NCBI GenBank assembly: GCA_963676395.1
Contig: OY781066.1
Location: forward strand, 1 to 64,000
Reading direction: 5' to 3'
Source: a bacterium
GTDB taxonomy: Bacteria; Fidelibacterota; Fidelibacteria; Fidelibacterales; Fidelibacteraceae
DNA length: 64,000 nt
In this document: in pieces, positions 42,206 to 53,376 of the stretch
How positions within the stretch are numbered: the first letter of the stretch is position 1
Layout of the letters: each line of letters starts with the position of its first letter
Translations under genes and position numbers: made by a program
The notes under the pieces: model-generated
What the model was told of the DNA's origin: nothing
Database searches by the model: none
What the model saw: only the letters and a program-made list of their open reading frames with translations

Positions 42206-43546
42206 ATGGCCAAGAAACTCTGGGGCGGTCGTTTTACAAAACCAATAGACCCTAAATTCGAAACATTTTCACAATCCATACAATATGATGCCGTCTTGGC
42301 AGAATATGATGTTTTACATTCAATTCTACATGTTAAAGCCTTAAATAAAGCTGACTTGCTTACAAACGATGAAACCGAATCCTTATTAACTGCTCTATAC
42401 GAATTAATTAAGGAAGTCAAAAATGGAGACTTTTCACCCAATGCAGATGAAGAAGATATACATTCTGCCGTTCAGAACATTCTTGAAGAACGTATTGGTA
42501 AATTAGCATTAAAATTACACACTCTAAGATCAAGAAATGATCAAATAGCATTCGATGTAAAAGCCTATTCATTTTCTTCAGCTTTAAATCTTTGGGATTC
42601 TTTAAGTAAGTTAGTTAAAGCTTATTTGCAACTTGCCGAAAAAACGAAAAACGAACCATTTATTGGATATACACATACTCAAAGAGCTCAAATCATTCTT
42701 TTTTCGGATTATTGTCGCGCATACGCTTCAATGTTTGATCGGGATCGTGAACGACTGGAAGATTACCTAAAGCATACTAAAGTAAGAATAGGCGCAGGAG
42801 CTCTTGCGGGATCTTCAATTCCACATGAAGCCTATACAGAGGCCATTAAAGATGAAGATCCGAAGGATAGTCTTCGTATGCGCGTAGTAGAGAATTCACT
42901 TGAACATGTCGCAGACCGTGATTTTGCTATTGAATTATTATCCCATGCATCACTTATTCAAATGCATTTATCTCGTTTTGCAGAAGATATGGTATTATAT
43001 ACGACCGCAGAATTCGATTATATTGATCTTCCTGAAGAATTTTGTACAGGTTCATCTCTAATGCCGCATAAAAAGAACGCAGATCTAATGGAGCTTGTTA
43101 GAGGTCATAGCGGCAGTGTTATAGGCAACCTCATGGCTTTGCACGTTACCATGAAAGGCTTGCCCCTAACGTACAATCGTGATATGCAGTTGGATAAAGA
43201 ACCATTATTTAGATCTGTTAATATTTTAATGGACGAACTGGATATGCTGGCAAGAATGGTACCTGGAATAGAGTTAAAAGGGAAAAAGATCGCTAAGGCT
43301 CTGGAAGATGAACACCTATATGGTGTTGAAATCGCGGAATATCTTGTAGGACAAGGTGTTGCATTTAAAAAAGCTCATGATATCGTTGGGAAACTTGTGC
43401 GATATTCCGAAGATAATCTTGTGATGATCAAAAGTATTGATGATACAGTACTTAAGGGTTTTCATCCTTCACTGAGCCAAAAGGAATTAGCTGCAATTAT
43501 GACACCCGATTATGCCGTTAAACAAAAGCGATCGATAAAAAGATAG
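42206..43546 (+). CDS. argH: Argininosuccinate lyase
   Basis: KLWGGRF, RSRNDQ, TGSSLMPHKKN, YNRDMQ.DKE. Confidence 0.96.
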   Translation: MAKKLWGGRFTKPIDPKFETFSQSIQYDAVLAEYDVLHSILHVKALNKADLLTNDETESLLTALYELIKEVKNGDFSPNADEEDIHSAVQNILEERIGKLALKLHTLRSRNDQIAFDVKAYSFSSALNLWDSLSKLVKAYLQLAEKTKNEPFIGYTHTQRAQIILFSDYCRAYASMFDRDRERLEDYLKHTKVRIGAGALAGSSIPHEAYTEAIKDEDPKDSLRMRVVENSLEHVADRDFAIELLSHASLIQMHLSRFAEDMVLYTTAEFDYIDLPEEFCTGSSLMPHKKNADLMELVRGHSGSVIGNLMALHVTMKGLPLTYNRDMQLDKEPLFRSVNILMDELDMLARMVPGIELKGKKIAKALEDEHLYGVEIAEYLVGQGVAFKKAHDIVGKLVRYSEDNLVMIKSIDDTVLKGFHPSLSQKELAAIMTPDYAVKQKRSIKR

Positions 43547-43595
43547 CAATAGCAAAGAACCGCAGCAGCGCTACGGTTAAAATATATCAAATCAC

Positions 43596-43622
43596 AAGGC
43601 CACTGCATTGTAGTGGCTTTTT
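43596..43622. terminator. Terminator between convergent argH and TPR operon
   Basis: AAGGCCACTGCA-T-TGTAGTGGCTTTT. Confidence 0.65.
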
Positions 43623-43628
43623 ATTTAG

Positions 43629-44432
43629 CTATCGATTCCCTAGAAACTCCAGTAATTCTCGATTTATTCCATCTTCAACCTTTGCATTGTATTCATCAAC
43701 TGACAATTCGGCATTCTGAATATTTCCTCTATGGTAACGTTGCCAAGGCCACATTAAAACAAGTAATGCCGAGTAATAATCTTTTTGAATTAAATCATAA
43801 ACAAACCATCCACCCCAGAAAGCTGCAATACCTACAGCTCCTATAGCTCCTTTGGCATTTTTTGCGTAGATTTGTCCAGAACCCGGTATAAATGTAGACA
43901 TCCATTTAGCCTTATCGCGATTTTTACGTTTCTTAGCGTCTGCTAAAATACTATCGAGTGTCTTTTCTATTCCAGGCGTCAACTCCCCGTTTAATGTTAA
44001 ACTTTCAATTAAATATTTTCTAGAATCGGTATATTTTCCTTTTAAAGCATTTAGTATTCCCAATAAATAAGCTGCTCGCATTCTTTGTGCTATATCTTCA
44101 TTATAGAAATAAATTGAAATCAGTCCCGATTCTGCTTTATCAAAATCACTTTCAATCATATATATCCGGTATAGATTGAGCTTGATATCAGTTAAAACGG
44201 GTTCTTCAGCATTTACGATAGCATTTTCAAGAAAGACGCGCGCTTGTGCATATTTTCGTTGATTTAGATAGCTTTCGGCAAGCTTACTATCAATTTGAAC
44301 AAGAGCGGGAATGTTAAGAGCTTGTTCGGCTTCCATTCTTGCTCTATATAATTCGATCAGCTCATCTTGCGCAGAAACTAAAACAAATGAAAAGCACAGA
44401 ACTAGTAAAAATATTCGGAGTTTATATGTCAT
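43629..44432 (-). CDS. Exported TPR protein with C-terminal TM2-like membrane hairpin
   Basis: Signal peptide, TPR-like helices, 'MSTFIPGSGQIYA' plus two TM segments. Confidence 0.7.
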   Translation of the reverse strand: MTYKLRIFLLVLCFSFVLVSAQDELIELYRARMEAEQALNIPALVQIDSKLAESYLNQRKYAQARVFLENAIVNAEEPVLTDIKLNLYRIYMIESDFDKAESGLISIYFYNEDIAQRMRAAYLLGILNALKGKYTDSRKYLIESLTLNGELTPGIEKTLDSILADAKKRKNRDKAKWMSTFIPGSGQIYAKNAKGAIGAVGIAAFWGGWFVYDLIQKDYYSALLVLMWPWQRYHRGNIQNAELSVDEYNAKVEDGINRELLEFLGNR

Positions 44433-45181
44433 AATTTTTCAATGACCTTATATTTTTGGGTATCATTATATTCTTGAACTGCTTTAATAGAGCCATAGAT
44501 ATCCGAAAGATAAAACCAGGATGTTACAGCTGTCCATAACCACCCCTGAAAACTCTTTACACCGGTTTTATTGAAGTGATAATAGGCATTGTATGCGGGC
44601 GCTACAGTCATTGAGAAGGCTTGTAAGCCATCCCAGAACCTTCCTGCATACATTTTACCGCTTCCAGGTATAATAGCTGACATAGCGCCTCCAAGAAATG
44701 CCGAACGAGGTTTCAATTCTAGTCCCTCAAAAGATAAAGATACCAATTTATGACCTACTTCACTATCAAGTTCACGAGCAAAGGTTAGTGAGGTATCAAA
44801 TTTTCCTTCGTAAAAGTAAGTTTTGGCTATAAGATCTTTACTCCATGTCTCTTCTGGATAAAACCTTGAGGCTGTATATCTTATTTGCTTATATGCACCA
44901 ATATCTAAAAGAAGATTCATATAGTCTTTATAATGCTCTTTACTTACCTCTTTTTTGCTCAATAAATGTCGATAAGAGTCTGCGGCCAGACCGATTTTAC
45001 CAACATCTTTATAGAGTCCGGCCAGTTTAGCTAGTATATTGGGGTTTTCCCCCTGACTCTCTAAGGATTTTTCAAATAAGTCAATGGCTAAATCCTTATC
45101 AAATTGCGAAATATAATCTGCTAAAGGGTCTGCAATGAGGATGGAAAGCATACTTAAAATGATCATGATGGCTTTTTTCAT
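44429..45181 (-). CDS. Exported TPR protein with C-terminal TM2-like membrane hairpin (paralogue)
   Basis: Signal peptide, TPR, 'MSAIIPGSGKMYAGR..DG'. Confidence 0.7.
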   Translation of the reverse strand: MKKAIMIILSMLSILIADPLADYISQFDKDLAIDLFEKSLESQGENPNILAKLAGLYKDVGKIGLAADSYRHLLSKKEVSKEHYKDYMNLLLDIGAYKQIRYTASRFYPEETWSKDLIAKTYFYEGKFDTSLTFARELDSEVGHKLVSLSFEGLELKPRSAFLGGAMSAIIPGSGKMYAGRFWDGLQAFSMTVAPAYNAYYHFNKTGVKSFQGWLWTAVTSWFYLSDIYGSIKAVQEYNDTQKYKVIEKL

Positions 45182-45243
45182 ATACTTACTTTCAGTTTGT
45201 CATATAAACGCAATGTTTTACATTTAATATTTTTGATAGTTTT

Positions 45244-45711
45244 TTACTTCTTTTTACCATTTACGACGGTTTGTCGTTTATTACTTTTCTTTAATGTATC
45301 CGGATAATTCTCGTTTAATTTCGTTATAGGATCTTTGGAATAATATATATGGTTTCCAGAGTAGCAACGCATTAACCTATCCCCGCTATTCAGTACAGCT
45401 TCGGGAAATGATTGATGCTTTAAACAAAGAAAAGCATATTCCGAACAAGAGGGGTGAAACGTACACATATCCATATCTTGAGGAGAAATATAATCTTTGT
45501 AAACATGAACGCCTTCCATTAAAACATTTGCGATAAAAGAGCGTTTCTCCTCGCCTTTTTCAAGTTTTGTTGTAATTTTTCTATTAGAAAACTTCTTTTC
45601 ATACTGCGCTGTCTCAAAAAAGTGATCAGAAATGAGCGCTGCGTCTGGCTCTGCCGATAAAAAGCCGGCCAAACATACAATTAATGACAGAATTTTATAA
45701 TTTGTATTCAT
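45244..45711 (-). CDS. YidD-like (haemolytic-domain) protein with a signal peptide
   Basis: YKDYISPQD..CTFHPSCSEY...DRLMRC; N-terminal ILSLIVCLAGFLSA. Confidence 0.8.
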   Translation of the reverse strand: MNTNYKILSLIVCLAGFLSAEPDAALISDHFFETAQYEKKFSNRKITTKLEKGEEKRSFIANVLMEGVHVYKDYISPQDMDMCTFHPSCSEYAFLCLKHQSFPEAVLNSGDRLMRCYSGNHIYYSKDPITKLNENYPDTLKKSNKRQTVVNGKKK

Positions 45712-46375
45712 ATATCACGCAATCTTTAGGAATAGTGAATTTCGCTTTTACTGAATCGGGAATATCCTTTAAAATATATAAATCCTGAAAATTATAATGA
45801 CTTTTTCTCTCTTCCTCCATAATGATTAATTGCATGGGATAAGAGTAATTATTCAATTCTTGCCATTCCTTAAATTCTACAAGCTTCATTAGGTCATTAT
45901 TACTATTATAAGACATCGTTTTTAAAAGATGGTCTTTTGAATGGAAGGCTTCAATACGAAGATATTCCTGCTTTTTTTCACCTTTTAGCTCCCAAATCTT
46001 AACAAGAGTATCGGATTTTAAGTAATGTTCTTTTAACTCGAAACCTAAACCCGAAATTCCCATATCTTCTGAACCAGCATATAAAAACAGCTGCAAGGGT
46101 GCGGAGGCTAACACACCATCACGATTGTTCATAATCATAGCCATATTCTCTTGAGGATAAAAATAGATATATTCCTCAGGATTCATACGTACATTTTGCA
46201 CAATAGGATCACTAATCATTAAATACATGCCATATAAAGGATCGAAGAATACTTCTGCCATTTTGTTCGCTGTATTTTTTTGCGTTTCAATGTATTTTAC
46301 ATGAACACAGTTGTCTTTAGCAATTAGTATACTTGCTATGAATAAAAGTAATATGAGTGTTTTTTTATTTTTCAT
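45695..46375 (-). CDS. Secreted LolA-like/outer-membrane sorting-fold protein
   Basis: Signal peptide; beta-rich; ends YP..I....F.IP pattern typical of LolA-like folds. Confidence 0.5.
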   Translation of the reverse strand: MKNKKTLILLLFIASILIAKDNCVHVKYIETQKNTANKMAEVFFDPLYGMYLMISDPIVQNVRMNPEEYIYFYPQENMAMIMNNRDGVLASAPLQLFLYAGSEDMGISGLGFELKEHYLKSDTLVKIWELKGEKKQEYLRIEAFHSKDHLLKTMSYNSNNDLMKLVEFKEWQELNNYSYPMQLIIMEEERKSHYNFQDLYILKDIPDSVKAKFTIPKDCVIYEYKL

Positions 46376-46394
46376 AAAAATAATATATAAAAAA

Positions 46395-46420
46395 GAATGT
46401 CCACTGAAAAGTGGACATTC
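46395..46420 (-). terminator. Intrinsic terminator after the small secreted gene
   Basis: GAATGTCCACT/AGTGGACATTC stem followed by T-run on the minus strand. Confidence 0.75.
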
Positions 46421-46441
46421 AATTATTTTACATCAATATTA

Positions 46442-46804
46442 CTAGCCCAGCGTTGAAGCGCCTGCACCTGCAATCATAGAGTTAATGACCATACCAATGG
46501 CAGCCCACAAAACCTGATGCCAACGTTTTGCTTTAATGTAGGCGTCTGCATAGCCACGAGCATAATTAGGGTCCTGACCAATGATCATTTCAGTAGGGAC
46601 ATCACCAGGTACAAAGTAAGCCACAGCTGTACCAACGCAACCACAACCTAAACCGGCAAAAGCCCATAGCCAAGATGCATCCTGACGTCCGTCTCGTCTA
46701 CCATTAGCAAGACCAACATCATAAGATGATGCCGGGTTAAACTCAGCGCCAATAGCAAAAACAAGTGAAAGAACCAATAACACACTAACAACTTTTTTCA
46801 ACAT
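46442..46804 (-). CDS. Small secreted Gly/Ala-rich membrane-active protein
   Basis: AAGGAG RBS; signal peptide; two hydrophobic helices (WLWAFAGLGCGCVGTAVAYF; VLWAAIGMVINSMIAGAG). Confidence 0.75.
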   Translation of the reverse strand: MLKKVVSVLLVLSLVFAIGAEFNPASSYDVGLANGRRDGRQDASWLWAFAGLGCGCVGTAVAYFVPGDVPTEMIIGQDPNYARGYADAYIKAKRWHQVLWAAIGMVINSMIAGAGASTLG

Positions 46805-47085
46805 TTCTTTCTCCTTTTAAATTACTCGTCTATTGTTAAATTTATCAATGAAATGCGTCATTCCAAAACGTTTTTTCTAATAATATGTAAATATATAATG
46901 TTCCCTATAATATCAAGAAATACAAAAACAATTAATATTTACCCAAATTTCTAAGAGTGATTTTAACTCTATTTGAGGATATACTTGATTTTAAACTCTC
47001 GATCATCAACTTTTAAGCTATATTTCTATGGAATTTAGCGAGGGATTTTATTATACTTCACGCTGAATAGGAACTAAGGAATAAT

Positions 47086-47874
47086 ATGAACATTCGAGTC
47101 TGCATCAAACAGGTTCCGGGCACCGCGGAAGTCGAGATCGACGAAAAAACTGGTGTATTAAAACGAGATGGTATCGATTCTAAAATGAATCCATATGATT
47201 TGTATGCAATTGAAACGGCTGTATGTATAAAAGAAAATCATGATGCGGAAGTATCTGTGATCACCATGGGGCCGCCTCAAGCTGAAGCCGTTATCAAAGA
47301 AGCCTATATGATGGGTGCCGATAAAGGTTGCTTGCTAACCGATAGAAAGTTCGCGGGCGCTGATGTTTTGGCAACTGCTTACGCTCTCTCCCAGGGTATT
47401 GCCCAAATGGGTCCATATGATTTGATCATTTGCGGTAAAATGACAACCGATGGTGATACCGCTCAAGTTGGCCCTGAGATTGCAGAATATTTGCAAATAC
47501 CTCATGTGGCAAATGTGAGAAAAATCCATGAAATACGTCAAGACGCGATCGTCGTTGAAATGAATATGGCAGAATCGGTTGAAATACAAGAGGTACAACT
47601 CCCCTGTCTTATTACAGTTGAAAAAGATATCTGTCAACCACGGTTACCATCCTTTAAGTTAAAATTAAAAACGTCAGATAGAAAGATCCCCCGAATTACA
47701 TTTAACGATCTGGAAGACAAAAATGAGATGCATTATGGTCTTAACGGTTCACCGACTCAGGTTCTGAAGATCTTTCCTCCTCCTGCAAACACTACAAATG
47801 AAACTTGGGAAGGAAGTTCCGAGGAACTTAGCAAGAAGTTAGCCGATAAATTACATGAACTGAAATACATATAG
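47086..47874 (+). CDS. etfB: Electron transfer flavoprotein beta subunit (LctB-like)
   Basis: VCIKQVP, MNPYD, FAGADVLAT, DGDTAQVGP. Confidence 0.93.
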   Translation: MNIRVCIKQVPGTAEVEIDEKTGVLKRDGIDSKMNPYDLYAIETAVCIKENHDAEVSVITMGPPQAEAVIKEAYMMGADKGCLLTDRKFAGADVLATAYALSQGIAQMGPYDLIICGKMTTDGDTAQVGPEIAEYLQIPHVANVRKIHEIRQDAIVVEMNMAESVEIQEVQLPCLITVEKDICQPRLPSFKLKLKTSDRKIPRITFNDLEDKNEMHYGLNGSPTQVLKIFPPPANTTNETWEGSSEELSKKLADKLHELKYI

Positions 47875-47885
47875 GTTATAGTAGA

Positions 47886-49079
47886 ATGGCAAAGATCGTT
47901 GTACATCAAAATAAAATAGAAGATCGCGAAGCGGTAGTCGCAATATGCCCTTTTAAAGCGCTGGAATTCGATTCAAAAGATGAACTATTTCTTAATGCAG
48001 CCTGCAAAATGTGTAAAATCTGTGTTAAGCGTTTTCCCGAAATATTTGAATATGTTGAAGATAAGCTCCCATCGGTCAACAAAGATGATTGGAAGGGGGT
48101 TACCGTATACATAGATCATATTGAAGGGGATATCCACCCCGTATCGTTTGAGTTGATTGGCAAAGCGCGTGAAATGGCTGATAAAGTTGGCCATCCGGTT
48201 CAATGTTTGATCATGGGTGATAATATCACTAAAATTGCTGAAGAAGTTTTACATTATGGCGTTGATGAGGTATTTGTTTATGATAAACCTCAGCTCCATG
48301 ATTTTAGGATTGAACCGTATACAGCAGTTTTTGAAGATTTCATCAGTAAAAACAAGCCCAGCATCATTTTAGTGGGAGGAACAACGGTTGGACGTTCCTT
48401 AGCTCCACGTGTTGCTGCTCGTTTTAGAACCGGCCTAACAGCTGATTGTACCATTCTTGATGTGCAAGATAATACGGACCTTGATCAGATTCGTCCTGCG
48501 TATGGCGGTAATATCATGGCTCATATTTATACCCCTAATCATCGACCACAATTTGCGACGGTACGATACAAAATTTTTGATGCGCCAACACGTAATGACA
48601 ATAAAACAGGAAAGCTTACTGAATGTAAGATTTTAGATGAAAAACTTGAATCAAAGATCAAAGTGATTGAGGTCAAGAAGAAGGAAAAAGTTAAAAGTAT
48701 TGAAGACGCCGATGTTATTGTTGTTGCCGGACGTGCTTTCAAAAAAGAAGAAGATCTGAAAATAATCTACGAGCTTGCCGATGAACTGGGTGCTATGGTA
48801 GCCACCACTCGCCCGCTTATAGAAGCTGGTTGGATGGATGCTAGACTTCAGATTGGGCTAAGTGGTAGAACCGTTAAACCCAAACTGATCATCACCTGTG
48901 GTGTTTCCGGTGCTATCCAATTTGTTGCAGGCATGAACAATGCCGATATGATCATCTCAATTAATGAAGATCCAAATGCTCAGATTTTCGATGTCGCACA
49001 TTATGCCATCGTTGGCGATATTTATGAAATTCTGCCTCAACTTATTAGGCAAATCAAAGAAATGAAAAAAGCTCAATAG
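47886..49079 (+). CDS. etfA: Electron transfer flavoprotein alpha subunit with N-terminal ferredoxin (LctC-like)
   Basis: [38 protein letters not shown]. Confidence 0.93.
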   Translation: MAKIVVHQNKIEDREAVVAICPFKALEFDSKDELFLNAACKMCKICVKRFPEIFEYVEDKLPSVNKDDWKGVTVYIDHIEGDIHPVSFELIGKAREMADKVGHPVQCLIMGDNITKIAEEVLHYGVDEVFVYDKPQLHDFRIEPYTAVFEDFISKNKPSIILVGGTTVGRSLAPRVAARFRTGLTADCTILDVQDNTDLDQIRPAYGGNIMAHIYTPNHRPQFATVRYKIFDAPTRNDNKTGKLTECKILDEKLESKIKVIEVKKKEKVKSIEDADVIVVAGRAFKKEEDLKIIYELADELGAMVATTRPLIEAGWMDARLQIGLSGRTVKPKLIITCGVSGAIQFVAGMNNADMIISINEDPNAQIFDVAHYAIVGDIYEILPQLIRQIKEMKKAQ

Positions 49080-49087
49080 GAGTTATT

Positions 49088-50482
49088 ATGCAATACACAC
49101 CTCTAAGTCCCAAAGATATTGAGAAATTAATAGATATTTGTGGTAAGGAAAACGTACTTACCGGAGATAGTATACATGAAGATTACAGTCGTGATGAGCT
49201 TGCTGGTATTCGTGAATACCCGGAAGTTGTTGTCCTGCCGACAACAACAATACAAGTATCTGAAGTGATGAAACTGGCAAATGAAGGTAATATTGCGGTA
49301 ACACCCCGAGGTCAAGGAACCGGTTTGGTTGGCGCTTCAATTGCCATTCATAAAGGTATAATGCTCTCTACTGAGCGAATGAATAATATTCTTGAGCTAG
49401 ATGAAGCAAATCTAACCCTCACTGTTGAACCGGGTGTCCTCTTGATGGAAATCTCTAAATATGTCGAAGAACATGATCTCTTTTATCCTCCCGATCCGGG
49501 CGAAAAATCTGCTTCTATCGGTGGCAATATTTCTACCAATGCAGGTGGTATGCGCGCTGTTAAGTACGGTGTAACAAGAGATTACGTACGTGAACTTGAG
49601 ATTGTATTGGCAAACGGTGAAATTCTCACTGTAGGCGGAAAAATCGTTAAAGATAGCTCAGGCTATAGTCTTAAAGATCTTATTGTTGGTTCGGAAGGCA
49701 CTTTAGCAGTCGTAACAAAAGCCGTTTTAAAATTATTGCCACTACCAAAAGTCGCTATTTCTCTCTTGGTACCCTACCCTAATATCGATGCCGCAATTTC
49801 GGCGGTACCGGTTATCATTAAATCAAAAGCCATCCCTACGGCTATAGAATATATGGAACGCAATGTTATCCTTTCTGCAGAGAATTATCTTGGCAAAAAA
49901 TTTCCGGATAACTCCGCCGATGCATATTTATTGCTAACTTTTGATGGAAATTCTAAAGAAGAAGTGGAAGCTATCTATGAAAAAGTTGCACATGTTTGCT
50001 TGGATACAGGTGCAATGGATGTATTTATTTCAGATACAGATGAACGGAATGATTCTATCTGGTCCGCTCGTGGTGCATTTTTAGAAGCTATCAAAGCATC
50101 TACAAGTGAAATGGACGAGTGTGATGTTGTTGTACCGCGCAATCATGTTGCGGACTTTATTAAATACACCAAAGTTGTTGAAAAAGAACAAGATGTCCGC
50201 ATCGCATCATTTGGTCATGCCGGTGATGGCAATTTACATGTTTATGTGTTAAAAGACGACATGACGGATGAAGAATTCGCAAAAAAACTCAATGTAGCTT
50301 TTGATCTACTATATAGTAAAGGTGATGAACTTGGCGGCCATGTTTCCGGTGAACATGGTATCGGTTTTGCTAAAAAAACCTACCTGGAACGTACGGCCGG
50401 TGAAGTTTATATGGGCTTACTCAAGAGTATAAAAAAATCATTTGATCCAAATTTAATTTTGAATCCCGGGAAAGTCTGTTAA
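49088..50482 (+). CDS. FAD-linked D-lactate/glycolate dehydrogenase (LctD/GlcD-like)
   Basis: [33 protein letters not shown]. Confidence 0.9.
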   Translation: MQYTPLSPKDIEKLIDICGKENVLTGDSIHEDYSRDELAGIREYPEVVVLPTTTIQVSEVMKLANEGNIAVTPRGQGTGLVGASIAIHKGIMLSTERMNNILELDEANLTLTVEPGVLLMEISKYVEEHDLFYPPDPGEKSASIGGNISTNAGGMRAVKYGVTRDYVRELEIVLANGEILTVGGKIVKDSSGYSLKDLIVGSEGTLAVVTKAVLKLLPLPKVAISLLVPYPNIDAAISAVPVIIKSKAIPTAIEYMERNVILSAENYLGKKFPDNSADAYLLLTFDGNSKEEVEAIYEKVAHVCLDTGAMDVFISDTDERNDSIWSARGAFLEAIKASTSEMDECDVVVPRNHVADFIKYTKVVEKEQDVRIASFGHAGDGNLHVYVLKDDMTDEEFAKKLNVAFDLLYSKGDELGGHVSGEHGIGFAKKTYLERTAGEVYMGLLKSIKKSFDPNLILNPGKVC

Positions 50483-50678
50483 GAACGACAGGATAACATA
50501 GAATTTGGGTTGAAAGCTATTATAAAGATTAAATAACTCTAATTTATCCATAGTTTGACAAAACTATCAGAAACTTGATGATTTAATGATCAAAAGTCTT
50601 AATCAGCTACTTATCGATCCCAAAAATATTTTATCTAATAAAAGTGTGATATCCAGTGATACTAACATCACCTTATTT

Positions 50679-52217
50679 TTACTCATTCACTAATAATTCT
50701 TTTCTCTTATCATAATACTTAATTGTCATATCATGTTTTACATGAGCGTATTCATCGTCATCATATACATTATTCAGCTCATGCGGATCATTTTCAAGAT
50801 CGAATAATTCCCACACATTGATCTCATAATAATGTATTAATTTGTATTTTTTATTTCTAATACCATCATGCTTAGGTACATCGTGCCAGGCGGGATAAGC
50901 ATAATAATGATAATATACACTTTGTCGCCAATTTTCATCCTTTTCTTCAAATATTGACCTTAGTGATGAGCCTTGAACATCCTCTGGAATTTCCACACCG
51001 GCATAATCAAGAAAAGTAGGAGCAAAATCAAGGTTCATAACAAACTTATCTTCGACTCTGGCACCTTTAATCTTTTTAGGATAACGAATCAATAAGGGGC
51101 TTTTAAAAGACTCTTCATACATAAAACGCTTATCAAACCATCCATGTTCTCCTAAGTAAAAACCCTGATCCGATGTATATACTACAATAGTATTTTCATC
51201 CAAGTGATTTTTATCCAAATAATCTAGAACACGACCAATATTTTCATCAACAGCTACAATACAAGCCAAATAATCTTCCATGTATCGTTGGTATTTCCAT
51301 TCTTCCAATTCTTTACCGCTAAGATCTGAATTTCTAAATTCTTCATTTACTTTGTCATAATATGAATCAAAGACTTCTTTTTGTTCAGGTGTTAAGGCAT
51401 TATAAACGTTTTTCCAGCTGTTTGTCCCATCAAAATTTCTGCTCTTTCCACCTCCACTATAGGGTTCTCGCTCACCTTCTAAGAAATGGATTTTCATATC
51501 ATAACCCTGATACATATTTTTAACTTCCATATCCTGAGTACCGGCTGTTAATTCACGTGTTTTATAATCATCATAAAATGTTTCGGGTAAGACAAATTTT
51601 CTATCCTTAAACATACCGATATGCCTTGGAGCTGGCATCCAGTTCCTGTGCGGTGCTTTGTGATGGAATAATAGGCAAAAAGGTCTATCTTTATCTCGTT
51701 TATCAAGAAAATCAAGTGCTAAGTCGGTAATAATGTCTGTTGTATATCCCTCATATGTGACCGTATCGCCCTGTTCATAGAATACAGGATTGTAATACCT
51801 GCCTTGTCCTTTTAAAACCTTCCATAGGTCAAATCCTTGAGGTAATGATTTTAAATGCCATTTTCCTATGACAGCGGTTTGATATCCGACTTCTTGTAAT
51901 AATTTTGGAAATGTCATTTGATCGGGATTAAAAACATCGCGATTATCGCGTTTGCCATTAATATGGCTATATTTGCCTGTTAATAATACAGCTCTTGAAG
52001 GCGCACAAATTGAATTAGTAACATATGAGTTCTCGAAACGTATACCCTCATTAGCTAATCTGTCAATATTTGGTGTCATTACCAACGTACTGTCATATGA
52101 TGAAATAGCTCTTTCCGCATGATCATCGGACATAATGAAAATAATATTTGGTTGCGTTCGTTTCTGGCACGAGAATAACATTATAAGTGATATTGCCAGC
52201 AGGATTATCTTCTTCAT
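50679..52217 (-). CDS. Cys-type sulfatase, lipoprotein
   Basis: Lipobox LFSC; PNIIFIMSDDH; CAPSR; GKWHL. Confidence 0.92.
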   Translation of the reverse strand: MKKIILLAISLIMLFSCQKRTQPNIIFIMSDDHAERAISSYDSTLVMTPNIDRLANEGIRFENSYVTNSICAPSRAVLLTGKYSHINGKRDNRDVFNPDQMTFPKLLQEVGYQTAVIGKWHLKSLPQGFDLWKVLKGQGRYYNPVFYEQGDTVTYEGYTTDIITDLALDFLDKRDKDRPFCLLFHHKAPHRNWMPAPRHIGMFKDRKFVLPETFYDDYKTRELTAGTQDMEVKNMYQGYDMKIHFLEGEREPYSGGGKSRNFDGTNSWKNVYNALTPEQKEVFDSYYDKVNEEFRNSDLSGKELEEWKYQRYMEDYLACIVAVDENIGRVLDYLDKNHLDENTIVVYTSDQGFYLGEHGWFDKRFMYEESFKSPLLIRYPKKIKGARVEDKFVMNLDFAPTFLDYAGVEIPEDVQGSSLRSIFEEKDENWRQSVYYHYYAYPAWHDVPKHDGIRNKKYKLIHYYEINVWELFDLENDPHELNNVYDDDEYAHVKHDMTIKYYDKRKELLVNE

Positions 52218-52359
52218 TTTAAACCTCGAATACTTATTTATATTTACTGCGTAATGTATGGATTATGAGCGAATTATACAACCTAAATGAAAGGCGCAAC
52301 AATGCTATGCTTATCAACTATTTATCGATTCAATGTCTCGAATCGATACCCTTTGCTCA

Positions 52360-53151
52360 TTATTTCTTATTAAATTTTCGTCTCTGGAATGCTTCCACCC
52401 ATCTGACGGGCAATAATCTGCTCAATAATGCATTCAATGGGGCGTCACCACCTACCGGATAAGTCGGTTTGGGATTTTTTTGATTGATTACATACAAAAC
52501 TTTTTTAGCAACTTCCTTAGGATTGGCACCAGTCTCAATATGATGATCTCGTATCGCCTTAAACCTTGTAACATTCTCGTAATATTCCGAGTTTGTATTC
52601 ATATAGCGGTCCTGCTCGAATCCTGTAGCAATATATCCAGGCTGTATTTGAACCACATGTATGCCAAAGGGATAAACTTCTTGCCTCAAGGAGCGAAACA
52701 TTCCCTCAATTGCGTGTTTGGTAGCACAATAAACGGAAGTAAAACCCACACCAAAAATGCCAGACATTGATGAAGTATTAATGATAAGACCTTTTCTTTT
52801 TTTGCGCATTCCAGGAAGAATAGCTTGAGTAAGTTCAACCGATGCAAAAAAATTCACATCAAATAATGATCGTACTTTTTCCATTGGCACTTCTTCAAAT
52901 GGACCAACCTGCCCTTGACCGGCATTATTAATCAGAATATCAATCTCTCCAACTTTCTCCGCCAATTCCTTAATGCTTTTTGATGATTGTAGATCCAATT
53001 GAAGATATATTACTCCCGGGATCTTTTCTTTTACAGTTTTAGGATTACGAGAAGTGCCATAAACCTCAAAACCTTTTGCAAGTAATAATTGGGCAATACA
53101 TTTTCCGATACCCGAAGAAGCTCCGGTTATAAGAACGCGTTGTTTTATCAT
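52360..53151 (-). CDS. SDR family oxidoreductase
   Basis: TGASSGIG, NNAG, YCATK. Confidence 0.92.
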   Translation of the reverse strand: MIKQRVLITGASSGIGKCIAQLLLAKGFEVYGTSRNPKTVKEKIPGVIYLQLDLQSSKSIKELAEKVGEIDILINNAGQGQVGPFEEVPMEKVRSLFDVNFFASVELTQAILPGMRKKRKGLIINTSSMSGIFGVGFTSVYCATKHAIEGMFRSLRQEVYPFGIHVVQIQPGYIATGFEQDRYMNTNSEYYENVTRFKAIRDHHIETGANPKEVAKKVLYVINQKNPKPTYPVGGDAPLNALLSRLLPVRWVEAFQRRKFNKK

Positions 53152-53163
53152 GAATATCCCGAC

Positions 53164-53376
53164 CTAATCCAATTCTTTGTAATCAGCATCTTCGACTTTT
53201 GACATGTCGATCTTCTTTTCCACATCTTCTTTTTCATTTACATGATTTTCTGTGTGGATGTCATCCTCATTTTTACCTTTATATGGATCTGAGGGTGTAA
53301 ATAATCTTCTGATAAATAATTGATAAATCAGATAAAAAAATATTAAAACAAGAATAAAATTAAATAATGAACCCAT
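53164..53376 (-). CDS. Small single-pass membrane protein
   Basis: N-terminal TM; ends VEDADYKEL; overlaps dNK stop. Confidence 0.65.
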   Translation of the reverse strand: MGSLFNFILVLIFFYLIYQLFIRRLFTPSDPYKGKNEDDIHTENHVNEKEDVEKKIDMSKVEDADYKELD

